Shown in pieces: positions 13,552 through 25,801 of a DNA stretch of 64,000 nucleotides. The stretch is from contig NC_043000.1 of assembly GCF_006345805.1 (NCBI RefSeq), positions 124,930,001 to 124,994,000 on the forward strand. The letters are read 5' to 3'. A program made the position numbers and the translations under genes. Every line of letters starts with the position of its first letter. The first letter of the stretch is position 1. The stretch is from Octopus sinensis. Taxonomy: Eukaryota. The notes beneath the pieces are model-generated. The model saw nothing but the letters and a program-made list of their open reading frames with translations, was not told the origin of the DNA and did no database searches.

Positions 13552-14062
13552 AATAAAAAGGGGTTTGTATGATTGTGTATAGAGGAATATATATTATTCA
13601 AAGGAATTCCAACTCTGTTTTTGATGTTTTATTTATATCCTTTATAATATTAATGTAGAATATAGAATATATAGTATAAATAATATATATATAGTAAAAT
13701 GAAATGAAGTATTGATTGTCTTATTGAATATCAAATATTAAGGGACTAGTAAACTTTCTTGCATTTCAGCAGTCTTCAAGGTCCCAGGTTGTGATACGAA
13801 TATTTTACAACCTGGGACCTTGAAGACTGCTTTAATGCAAGAAAGTTTACTAGTCCCTAAATATTTGATATTCAATATTTCATCTATTCAATAAGACAAT
13901 CAATACTTCATTTCATTTTACTATATATACTATTTATACTATATATTCTATATTCTAGATAAATATTATAAAGAATATAAATAAAATATAAAAAACAGAC
14001 AGAGTTGGAATTCTTTTGAATAATATATATCCCTCTATACACAATCATGCAAGCCCCTTTTT
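13552..14062. repeat. About 500-bp AT-rich palindrome adjoining (TA)n (probable PLE relic)
   Basis: 13555-13790 is the reverse complement of 13807-14062, with a spacer of about 15 bp. Confidence 0.85.
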
Positions 14063-14478
14063 AAATCAGCATAGAGTGAATGTTAAATAGATTGCTGAAT
14101 GGTGGTACAGTATGGGCAGATTTTTGAAATCCGATGAATCTTTATACATTTATACATTTATACAATTATACAAATATACTTTTTCAAGGAGATATGATAA
14201 ACCTATTATAAAGGGTAATACTACATGTACTTTTTATATTGTGATGTAATCTTTGGACTAACAATGTTTGCAGTTGAAGAGAGCTTTAAACCATCTTTTA
14301 TATCAATAATACACTGATGTAATAACAGATTGTTTATAAAGCTTGAAACATGTGTACCGCAATATCCTTTGTGTTCTGTTTTTAATTTATATTTGATATA
14401 TACTCTCTCACCTCTGCCACTATCTGGCATATACAGGTGCTTACACTTATCAAGTATTCACTCTAAATTTACAGTACC

Positions 14479-14509
<31 letters not shown>

Positions 14510-14516
<7 letters not shown>

Positions 14517-14792
14517 ACCGACCAGTCCATCAGATGTAGTTATACATCGCTGGTCACAATGCGTTCGCATTGTTTTTGCCTTCGAATGACGCCACCCCGC
14601 TGGCTAAGCGAGCAGGCCAACAGAAGAAAGAGTGGTGAAAGAGTACAGCAGGGATCACCACCCCCTGCCGGAGCCTCGTGGAACTTTTAGGTGTTTTCGT
14701 TCAATAAGCACTCACAACGCCCAGTCTAGGAATCGAAACCGCGATCCTACGACTGCGAGTCTGCTGCCCTAACCACTGGGCCATTGCATCTC
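14510..14792 (-). mobile_element. tRNA-derived SINE (fourth family), GC-rich and apparently young
   Basis: Minus strand gcaatggcccagtggttagggcagcagactcgcagtcgtaggatcgcggtttcgattcc with A/B boxes; related copy at 39395-39642. Confidence 0.85.
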
Positions 14793-14801
14793 ACACACAC
14801 A

Positions 14802-14873
<72 letters not shown>

Positions 14874-14889
14874 AGCATATACACACCCA

Positions 14890-15258
14890 TGCTAGTGCCA
14901 TGTAAAATAACACCCAGTACACTCTGTTAAGTGGTTGGTGTTAGGACGGATATCCAGCTGTAGAAACCACAGAATTGGAGCCTGGTGCAGCCCTCTGGCT
15001 TGCCAGCTCCTGTTGAATTGCCCAGCCCACGCCAGCATGGAAGACATACGTTGAATAATGTTGATGATGATGATGATGATTGTGCATCCATATATATACA
15101 TACATATAATGGAATTCTTTCAGTTCCGTTTCACAAGGTTTTGGTTTGTTTAAGGCTACAATGGGCAACACTTGCTTATGCTGCCATGCAGTGGGATTGA
15201 ATCACACACCACACAGTTGGGAACTGAACTTTTCAATCATACAGCCATGCCTCAACCT
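14890..15258. mobile_element. RTE-type tail (+) followed by CORE-SINE head (-)
   Basis: Family motifs as above. Confidence 0.7.
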
Positions 15259-15865
15259 GTTATGGAACGAAACCCAGGAGGATATACTTCAAGAACACAA
15301 CACCAAGCACAGACATTAAACTCCGAGCAGTCTTAGATTTAAAATCTTTATAAGAACATATTTCACTCTGTCAGAATGGTAACCCTATTGAATATGCTTC
15401 CTAGTTCACATAACAAATTTGCATATTAGTTTTAGCTTGAAAACTGTTAAGAAACCACTAATAAGCTGATACAACATGAAAATTTCAAGAAAAATAATTT
15501 TAAAACTATCAAAGATTTCAGTTTAAAACTGTGGAAATGTGATTCAGAGGGATTTTATTTCAAGTGTTTTTTTCTTTCTTTGGTTGTTTTAGTTATTTAT
15601 TTATTTATTTATTTATTTGTTTGGTAATTTTCCTGCTGTGATGATGTATTACTAATTTCTTAATATGTAAATTAGTTGATGCATTTGCATGTTTCTTAAT
15701 TATCCCTAATTTTGAATTGATAACAAATGCAAATTCTTAAGTGTTATGAATGTTATACTGACTTCGTAATGATTTGATGTTTAACACTAGATCAACACTG
15801 ACTTGACAAACATATGATTAAAGACTATCCTACCATGACTGTCCAATCTTATTTTAAGACATTGA

Positions 15866-16595
15866 GTGATCAGAGGGATATTTGGCAATTATTTCACACA
15901 AATTGTTAAGAAGGCTGAAGGTGCCTTAGCATCACTCGGCAAGCCCTTGGTCAGTCGCTCTCCAGTTATCTATTTAAGGCTGTATATGGCTATGGTGTGG
16001 CCACACTTGGAATTTGCATCACCAGTCTGGAATCTCTATCTTGCTCAGGACATTGACCTCCTGGAAACTTCAGAGATGTGCATCCAAGTGAATACCCTCC
16101 ATCAGGTATCTACCATACTCTGAAGACCTTGTTTCCTTGGAAATAGATGCATTGAAACTCTGATGTCTGGCAACTGACTTAGATAAGCATGCACAAAATT
16201 ATTAACCCGCAACCGCCTTGAACACCTTTTTGAGTTCCATATGTCTAACTTAGGTGGGCATGCCTACAAAGCCAGAAAACAGCACAGCTCCCATGACTTT
16301 CAGAAACATTTTTTCATACTCAGAGTTGTTGAAGCATGGAACAAACTACCTGCATCAGTTGTTAGTTGCTGAGACATATCATCCTTTAAAACCTCTATGC
16401 TTCTTGAAATTCACCAACACTATACCTGATATCTCCCCCCACTCCATATGCATGCACACATGTCTATCATGACTCATACACTGTTCACTTTCCTGACTTT
16501 TGTACATAATTCTATGTACTGTACATGTACCTTTGATGAGTTGCAGTGCACCTGAGCACTATACACAATTAATTTCATTATTATTATTATTATTA
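15866..16595 (+). pseudogene. 5'-truncated CR1-group LINE, RT C-terminal region, frameshifted
   Basis: LRLYMAMVWPHLEFASPVWNLYLAQDIDLLE matches LYxxxVRPxLEYxxxVWxPxxxxDIxxLE; downstream AWNKLP; (ATT)n tail. Confidence 0.85.
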
Positions 16596-17494
16596 AATTG
16601 AATGATCATGTAGAAGCTCCATCGTTGGTTATGTAATGTAATCATTATTTGGGCATCAGTCAGCCTCTATCAAGCAAACTTCCTATCCTTTTAATTAAAA
16701 ACATTTCAACAGTGACCATTTTTCTTTAGTGCATTGTTGGGACAAGATTAACCATGTCAAGAAAACACTGTCGACCCCAACTTCATCTTTAAATATAAAT
16801 ACCATACAACAAGAACCCTGAAGGTCACTGCAAACCGTCGAACTCACCAGGGGCCTCTCTTCTGGAAAATGCGCAAATGTATGTCCTCAACATAACCAAA
16901 AACTGCATCATGGAAACTGGCCTCCTCTTCAGATGATTTGTTCTAATTTGATGGATATTTGGCTGCCATTTCTAGCAAGTCAGATGACACGTAGAAGCCT
17001 CTGTCAACCACCCCAAGGATTTTTATCAATAGCTTGTTAAAAAAAAAAGTTTGTTATTTGATGGATATTTAGCTGCCGTTTCTAGCAGATGAAATTATGT
17101 TGTAGGAACTCCTGGCAACCCACACAACTTAGGGCTTTTGTTAAAGAAACAATTGTTGAAGGATATTTTAGCTGCCATTTCTAGCAAATCAATTGGCTTT
17201 GCAGGATCTCTTGTCAAACACACAGAGCCCAGGGCTTTTATTAATCCTTTGTTAAAAAAAAACAAATTGGTTTTGGATAAAAGCATAGTTTTTACTGTAG
17301 AATCCATTACATCAAGGCTTTTGGAAAAAATTTTTCTTCAAAAGCAATGAATACAAAAATATATTGGGATGGTTCCATTCTACATACATCTTTCTATGAT
17401 TCATTCATTATATACATATTTACAATTCTATATTCAGTTACTGGCAAGTATCAATCACTTCCAAAATAATTATCTTCTGAAATACAAATATTTT

Positions 17495-17517
17495 CTTACT
17501 TCGTACAAACATGTATG

Positions 17518-17573
<56 letters not shown>

Positions 17574-17618
17574 ATATATATATTATATAATATATATGTA
17601 TGTATTTATATGTGTGTG

Positions 17619-17649
<31 letters not shown>

Positions 17650-17691
17650 GTTGTATGCATGCATGTATGCACGTGTGTGTATATATATATC

Positions 17692-17733
<42 letters not shown>

Positions 17734-18079
17734 TATATATTTGTATATATTTATACAATATATGATTATATAATGGATTAAATAAAGGTGATAAAAATAG
17801 ATGCTATTCTTTGATGTTCATTAAGTTTTCTTTGCCTGATTTATTTTCCTATTTTTTAACAAAGAAAAAATTGATAATGAAAATTATAAATAAAGATACA
17901 CGGATAAGGGAAACTGAAAACAATATCCTTTAAGGTAAAGACAATTTATGCTCTGATACATATGATATTAACTGCTATACATATTTAAACAATACACACA
18001 CGCACACACATATATACATAATATATGTGTTTGCATATATAACTGTGTTTGTGGGAGTGAGTGTGTGCATGTGTGTGTA

Positions 18080-18128
<49 letters not shown>

Positions 18129-18328
18129 TAAAATATATATCATATATGTGTGTGTGTGTATGTATGTATGTATATATATATATATATATATGCATATATA
18201 TATATATATACATACATACATACATATATATATATATCTTTGTCCCTATATTTTTTAATAATGTTATAATTTTTTTGTGTTTACGAATGTATATGTATGT
18301 GTGCATATATTGTGTATGTGTGTGTGTG

Positions 18329-18383
<55 letters not shown>

Positions 18384-18390
18384 TGTACTG
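17495..18390. repeat. (CT)n/(TA)n/(TATG)n/(TG)n microsatellite cluster
   Basis: Direct inspection. Confidence 0.95.
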
Positions 18391-19289
18391 AAAAAGTTAA
18401 TCAGTCAAGTATCTCAGAAATTAATAAAGAAATTTGAATACTTATTTACTGCATCAATTTCTTAGATTAAAAATAGACCAAAAATTAAAACAAAAAACAA
18501 AAAACAAAAACAGCAACAGTAATAATAACAATAAGTAAAAAAAATAAAAGAAAAATCAATGAAAAATTTTGATGATCAATTTTTATTTTATAAAAACATA
18601 GTGTGCCTTTATCAAATAAAATTTCTTTATCTTTGCTGTCTTTTCAAAACATCTAAATAAATCATTGAAATCCATGAAGAACTGGGATAGATGTTTGAAG
18701 AGATATTTATTGATTAAAATGGTTGTGTAGAAATCAGTTCTAGCCTCTGGTATGTTGATATCAAACCAATAGAAAGTTATTGAATTTTTAATACAAATGG
18801 ATTGCTGTGAGAATTAATATCTGATATTTTCTCATTTCGGAGATTGATAAAGCATTTCTTTTATTCATAATTTCTCCATGAAACTTATTCAATTTAGTTT
18901 GATTAGGAAATCAAAAACACCATTTCCATAGGTCTGTGTAAAAAGATTTATACATATTTGTGGAAGCATTACTTTTAAATGAAAATTCAACTTGAGTTTT
19001 GAAGTGGTCTCATACATTTCAATGCAAAGCAACTACTCGCTTCCATTAATCCAATGTGTTTATCTTCCACAACTGTTACTTAAAACGGCTTCTTTTTTTT
19101 TTTTAGCAAATTATTTTATAAGACCATTACTAATATTTATATAACATTATAATATATGAGTAAGCATACATGCATGAATATGCATATATGCATATTGATG
19201 ATGATGATGATATATATGTGTGTGTATCTGTGTATGTGTGTGCATGTGTGTGTGTATGTGTGTGTGTATGTATGTGTGTATGTATGTAT

Positions 19290-19705
19290 CATCATCATCA
19301 TCATCCTTGTTTGACATCTGCTTTCCATGCTGGCATGGGTTGGACGGTTTGACTGAGGATTGGCAAGACAGAAGGCTGCACCAGGCTCCAGTCATATATA
19401 TATATATATATATATCAGTTCAGTAAAAATTTAGATTCTGTTGAATATGCTACTTAAGTTAAAAGGCACCAGAATTTGGCATGGTATTATCCATATAATT
19501 CAAAATGGGGTGATTATAATCAAAATAAGCAATCCTTGTTGCTTATTTTGATTATATATATCATCATCATCATCATCATCATCATCGTTTAACGTCCGTT
19601 CTCCATGCTAGCATGGGTTGGACGGTTCGACCGGGGATCTGGAAAGCCAGAAGGCTGCACCAGGCTCCAGTCTTATCTGGCAGTGTTTCTACAGCTGGAT
19701 GCCCT
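19290..19705 (-). mobile_element. Two RTE-type tails flanking a PLE-end fragment (19415-19557)
   Basis: 19415-19557 matches 21860-21975 and ends in a small hairpin. Confidence 0.75.
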
Positions 19706-19741
<36 letters not shown>

Positions 19742-19931
19742 ACACATATATATACTCACACACGCACACACACATATACACACACTCACACATATGTATA
19801 TGTATTGTTAATGTTATTGTGTGTATGACTGTGCATGTGATTGTATGTATTTTAGTGTTGATCATTTTCAATTTTAATCCATGTCTTTTTCATTTATCAT
19901 TAATCTTCTCTTTTATTCTAGTTTTAGCTAT

Positions 19932-20135
19932 TGTTTAGCCCCAGGTCATCCTGATTCTTATTGACCTATGATCAAAGACATTCTAGTCACAAACATTCCA
20001 TCTTTTGTTCAAGCATCATGTATCTATTAGTATTTTATTCTATGTATTTCTACCCACTTTTTCAGAGAGAATATTGAATGATTTGTGAGGGATGTAGCTC
20101 CTATTTCTGTTTACTCAAAAGACCTCTTAGAGGCT
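19932..20135. repeat. Dispersed repeat family, unclassified (also about 2708-2770 and 20990-21200)
   Basis: Shared gtttagccccaggtc...gacctatgatcaaag...gatttgagggaaatttagctgct motifs. Confidence 0.6.
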
Positions 20136-20404
20136 ATTTCATTGACCCATTTCGTTCATTTAGATTTTTGTCTTTTGTAGCTGAATTATAAGGTAGTGCT
20201 CTGGCATGGCATTTGACTTGAGGGCTTAAATAGGGTAAACAATTAAAGAACTTAATAATAATAAAAATAAAAATAATAATAATAATAACAACAACAACAA
20301 TAATGACTTCATTTATTTGCCGCAAGGGCGAAGGATGAGTGGACAATACAAAGACAGACATAAAGTGTGGGGGTTTATGTGTAATGAAATGATAAAAAAA
20401 AATT

Positions 20405-20908
20405 TTGGCACAAGGCCACCAATTTTAGGAGAAGTTACTAAGTTGATTACATCGACCCCAGTACTCAACTGGTACTTATTTTATTGACTGAAAAAGCGAA
20501 AGGCTTGGTGGCATCTGGACTCGGAACATAAGGATGGATAAAATGCCATTGAACATTTTGTCCAGCATGTTAACAATTCTGCCAGCCAAATTGCCTTAAT
20601 AATAATAATAATATGTTGTGACTTGATAGACAGTACAAACCCCTGATAGACGCAATATCTTCACTCAACAACATCACAATATTGGATACTGTATAAGGTG
20701 GCGAGCTAGCAGAAATGTTAGCATGCTGGGCAAAATGCCAAGTGGTATTTCGTCAAGCTTTACATTCTGAGTTCAAATTCTGCTGAGGTCAACTTTGCCT
20801 TTCGTCCTTTTGGGGTCAATAAATTAAGTACCAGCTGTGTACTGGGATTGATCTAATCGACTGGGCCCTTCCCCCAAAATTTCATGCCTTGTGCCTAGAG
20901 TAGAAAGG
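20405..20908. mobile_element. Inverted pair of second-family SINEs (20405-20600 -, 20695-20908 +)
   Basis: Family motifs in opposite orientation about 100 bp apart. Confidence 0.8.
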
Positions 20909-21781
20909 ATATTGGATATTGTATGATGTCTTTAATAATAATAATATAAAACATAACCTGTAATATCTAATACAGGGTCTAAGTTGTTGCTGTTTAACCC
21001 CAGGTCTGCCCTGCTTGAGCAAACCTAGGATCAAAGATATTCCAGCTGCAATTATTCCCTGCTTTTTATTTAAAACTATAAATCTAAATCACATTATCCA
21101 TTGTGTTCCTGTCATTTCAGAAAAGGACAGTGTGTGATTTGAGGGAAATTTAGCTGCTGTTCCTGGCAAGTTGAGTGGCTGCTTAGTGATTTTCTCATTG
21201 GCCCTAAACATGGTCTATATTTCAGAGAAGCATGTGTTTGCTGTTTTCCATCAAAGAAATTGCTTGATTTGTTCATGATAGAAGATCTTCGAAATATGTG
21301 CAAATTGTTAAAAGTCAATCCACAAAGAATATCTGCATACTTGGTCATATGCAAATTATAAAGATACACAGATAAGGAAAACGGAAAGCAACATCCTTAA
21401 AGATAAAGACAATTTATGCTCTGACATGAGCAATGATATTAACTGGGAAATATATTTAAACAATACAAACATACACTTCATACACATAATTTGTATATAA
21501 GTGTATATTAAACATTCAAATAGATATATATATAGGCACAGGAGTGGCTGTGTGCTAAGTAGCTTGCTTACCAACCACATGGTTCTAGGTTCAGTCCTGC
21601 TGTGTGGCACCTTGGGCAAGTTTCTTCTACTATAGCCTCGGGCTATATATATATATATATTATAAAATAAGGGCAAAAGAAAAAATTCTAATGCCAAATA
21701 GAATTTTTTCTTTTGCCCTTATTTTATAAGTTATTTATAAATTTAACCTTTAAAGGTATTTTTCAATATTTTTTTCGAAAG

Positions 21782-21871
21782 ATTTTATCCTATATTAGAT
21801 ATTCAGTAAAAATTTTATCCTATATTAGATATTCAGTAAAAATTTTATCCTATATTAGATATTCAGTAAAA
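21782..21871 (+). repeat. 3 x 30-bp perfect tandem repeat
   Basis: attttatcctatattagatattcagtaaaa x3. Confidence 0.95.
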
Positions 21872-23776
21872 TTTAGATTCAGTTGAATATGGTACTTAAG
21901 TTAAAGGCACCAGAATTCAGTATGATATTATCCATATAATTCAAAATGGGGTGATTATAATCAAAATAAGCAACAAGGATATCCAGAGGTAATGCAGTAC
22001 GATCGTTTCATGCAACTCCATTTAAATGAACAATGCAAATATTACATCAATTTTAAAAAGTAGAGCAATCTTCAGCAGAATAGAAATATAGAATTTAGTT
22101 AAATTTGAAGGATACATTTGTATAGTTTTCTTATTATCCAAAATCACAAAGAGGATGAGTAGATAGACAAAGAACATGTTTTATCAACAACATCATAGTT
22201 GTAACTGAGATTTTTTTCAAAGAAAGACACTGCTTATCATTGATTATATTTGTTATTCAGATTTACTAGTGGGAGTGGTGGGGTAGTTCTAATTTATAGA
22301 CTAGTTTATCAAGTCTAATAGAAACTAGTAACTATCCTTTATGGATAGGGTAAAAAGACAATTTAAGTGGCAGAGTCATAAATCGAGATTTCTTTCAAGT
22401 AAAACCATTTAGTTCAGTAAGAATATATTTCAGCTAAGTTTGCAGGTTAAAGCTGAGAAGGCAGGTAGAGTAAAATTTATAGTATTAACTATTTAACAGC
22501 TATAAAAGCAGTGTTATTTATATATACATAGGTACATTTTAGAGTTGTTTCAAGAAAAGAATATTTCAGAATATTTTCAGTATTTTACACAATAGAGGGA
22601 TGGAGAATATAGAAATAATTCCATATTCATATATTTCTATACTAACTTAACATATATTTATAGTTAATTATTAAATAGTAATTTTTGGTATTAATAAAGT
22701 AAAGTTAAATCTATATTATATGCTAATAATTTTAAAGTATGTTCCTTGTATTATCAAATAAACCGTGAAATATACCAGTATAGGTTTATATAAGTTGAAT
22801 ATGAAATTTATAGAGCTATATTATAAATGAAATGAGTAAATAGGTAAGAAAATGGTTTGAGATTAAAGTAAAGAAATGAAAATGAATATAATAAAAATAT
22901 AAATATAAATCTTTGTAGAATGTTATAGACAAGGGGTAGAACAGATTTGTGTTCCAAAAACCTATTATAAGATATACTTAGCTTATTTTTATTAATAGGT
23001 AAGGTAAGTTGTTAGAAGAAATTCTATAATTTTTAGACTAAAAATTACATTTACTTATCATGAGAATATCTATAAATGACTAGTGTTTAATGTTGGGTAA
23101 AGAAATAATCAAGTTATTGGACAAAAATTATATTATTAACAAAACTTTTATAAAATTATGCATTTTATTATAGATTTAAGAAAATGCTATTATTAATCCT
23201 TATATAACTTATAATTATTAATTGGTACTTTTTTATAATAGGTAATTTTTTATAATTTATTTTTATAAAGCTTTCTAATACATACAAAGATCTTGAGGGT
23301 AGAGCTATTTGAGAGAAATAGAAACCAAGTAATTTCTCAAAAATTTAAATATTATTATCTATTTTTATCAGGTTTTAAATATTAATTAAGGAGATTTTAG
23401 AAGATTTTTTTAAAGAGATTCCCAGTAAATAAGGCATTAATTTACTCACATACCAAAAACCTTAAATTACAATGGAAAGGAAGTAACCAAAAATGTAATC
23501 ATAAAATGAAAATATAGAGAAAAAGAATTGATTTTATTAATTTTTTGGGGGGAAATCTTATATTTTATATTAAGAGTAAAATATGGTTATATAGGGTATA
23601 ATAATTTAGGCTTATATAAAGGTATTATTATAATATCGAAAAAGATTAGGTGAGGTAGAATTCTCATAGAAATAGATGTGAAAATTACCAAATCCTCAAA
23701 ATTTATTGTGGAGTAAGTATACAACTTAATAACTTCATGAAATATATAGAATTTATGTTTTTTTAAAAAATTTTTC

Positions 23777-24210
23777 TAGTTTCAGCTCAGAGCTGTGGCC
23801 ATGCTGATGCACTGCCATTTTGTGCTACGCTGTTATTACTAAGAGCCTCCTCTAATATGTGACACTTGGTGAAGAATGGAGTTTGATATAGCTACCCTCA
23901 TTTGCTCCTCTTGCCGTGAGGTAGGTTCATCTGGGACTCTTGACAGGAAGAGGTCCAGCTTTGATTTAAAAGCCCCTACATCTACTTTGTGCAAGTTCCT
24001 CAGACTCTTTGGGAGAATATTAAAAAGCTGTGGGCCTTTGAAACCCAGGATGTTGCAGTAACTGGTCCTGAAGCGTGATGGCATTGCTGGGATCTTTGGC
24101 ACTATGCAGTGTCGTCCCGTTCTGGCATTGGTGTAGCTTTCAGTGCCAAAATTTGGCACAATTCCTTCCAGGATCTTCCAAATATATATTACTGCATACC
24201 TCTCCATCTA
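23777..24210 (-). mobile_element. CR1-group LINE 3' end inserted into the PLE relic
   Basis: ORF 23839-24207: ERYAVIYIWKILEG...GPQLFNILPKSLRN...FKSKLDLFLSRVPDEP, then short 3'UTR. Confidence 0.8.
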
Positions 24211-24362
24211 TGTATTAATTTTAGAAATTTAAAATTATTTTATTCACCTTTATTCAATTTGTCTATGTTATTAAATTTCTTAATACCTAGTGCTGATTAA
24301 ATAATAAATATAGCAGGGTATGCTATTTCTTTATTGATTTTTAAAAGATCAATAGGTAAATG

Positions 24363-24615
24363 TTAAGATCTAAAATTCAGGAATGATAAAATGCTACTTT
24401 TAAAAATATTTAAAGGTACGGGTAGTATAATGCATACACGATACCCTAGTTCTAAACGGTTATTTAATAAGTTTACATTATCCCTATGTTTCAAAATTTC
24501 ATATATCTTCATGAAGCAAAGCTCACATCCATATCTGCTATTTTTATAAGTTTCCACTTTGCTTACTATGTCCCATTTAAGGTTAAATCTAATTTTATTT
24601 TCTTTTAACTCCCAA
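24363..24615 (-). pseudogene. GIY-YIG endonuclease C-terminal remnant of a Penelope-like element
   Basis: ELKENKIRFNLKWDIVSKVETYKNSRYGCELCF...LLNNRLEL matches the WxI...Y...CxLC..EK...LN.R.E pattern of invertebrate PLE endonucleases. Confidence 0.65.
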
Positions 24616-24650
24616 ATTTAATCTAAATTTTAACTAAATTCTATATTTTT

Positions 24651-24739
24651 ATGCAGCTGAAGATTGCTCTACATTTTAAATTGATGTCATATTTGCATTG
24701 TTCAATTAAATGGAGTCGCATGAAACGATCGTACTGCAT
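24651..24739 (+). ncRNA. Type-I hammerhead ribozyme motif
   Basis: Stem I AUGCAG/CUGCAU; core CUGAAGA (24657-63) and GAAA (24722-25); palindromic stem III ACGAUCGU; GUA site (cut after 24733); long imperfect stem II with a U-U first position. Confidence 0.7.
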
Positions 24740-24828
24740 TAGCTCTAGATATCCTTGTTGCTTATTTTGATATAGATATATATATGTATATATATACATA
24801 TATATATATATATATTTATAATATATAT

Positions 24829-24875
<47 letters not shown>

Positions 24876-24939
24876 TTATATATATAAATGTATGTATTAT
24901 ATATATAATGTATGTGTATATATATATATGTTGTGTGTG

Positions 24940-25160
24940 TGTGTGTGTATATGTTTGTGTGTCTGTGTTTGTCCCCCCAGCATCACTTGACAACCGATGC
25001 TGGTGTGTTTACATCCCCATAACTAAGCAGTTCGGCAAAAGAGACTGATAGAATAAGTACTAGGCTTACAAAGAATAAGTCCTGGGGTTGATTTGCTTGA
25101 CGAAAGGCGGTGCTCCAGCTTGGTCACAGTCAAATGACTGAAACAAGTAAAAGAGTAAAG
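24940..25160 (+). mobile_element. CORE-type SINE 3' half
   Basis: Family motifs. Confidence 0.8.
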
Positions 25161-25274
25161 GATATATATATATATACACACACACATACATACATAACAC
25201 ACACACCCACACACACACACACATATATATATATATTATATATATATGTATATATATATATATATTATATATAT

Positions 25275-25308
<34 letters not shown>

Positions 25309-25316
25309 ACAATACA

Positions 25317-25510
25317 TACACCATGATAGCTCGCTAGCCACTAAACCTTTTTCTATTTTCTCTCCCTGTTTATTTCTGTGTTCCTTTCTGTTGAAGAGCA
25401 TAGGCTCGAAACGTAAAAGACTTTCTCACTTCCCAAGCATTAAACTAATACATCTGTTTCTTGTTTACACACTCATCTTCGTGTTTTGTCTTTTTTTGTA
25501 AATTCTCACT
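25317..25510 (+). mobile_element. Second copy of the 478-858 PLE-like family with hammerhead-like motif
   Basis: CTTT-CTGTTGA-A-GAGC-ATAG-GCTC-GAAA-CG-TA-AAAG at 25384-25419; (TA)n flanks. Confidence 0.65.
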
Positions 25511-25801
25511 ATATATATATATTTCGTTTTTGTATTTGGTTTGCTAGATTCTTTATGTAAATTTGTGTGTTGAAGCATATTTTATTGCGTCTGGGGAGAG
25601 TCATTCTCTTTTAGAACCTTATTAATTTAACACACTGATTTCCACACATTTCTTTTTACTATAATTTTCGTTGCAAATTGCAACCTTTTCAAGTATTTGA
25701 CTCTGACCATTATCAGAAGTGTGTTCTCTTTTTTGTTTTTCTATGCATGTGTATGCATCAGTGTGCATGCACATGCACATGTGTATATATGTATGTATGT
25801 A

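Larger units (their letters stand above)
21655..24770. mobile_element. Decayed Penelope-like element with inverted terminal repeats, hammerhead motifs and GIY-YIG remnant
   Basis: 21961-22110 is the reverse complement of 24620-24770; hammerhead motif in each; (TA)n on both sides; GIY-YIG C-terminal remnant at 24363-24615. Confidence 0.7.

Noticed and set aside
14715-14792. tRNA gene (also 9568-9640, 29728-29800 and 37986-38045)
   Set aside because: tRNA-like heads continue into SINE bodies and lack a clean acceptor stem
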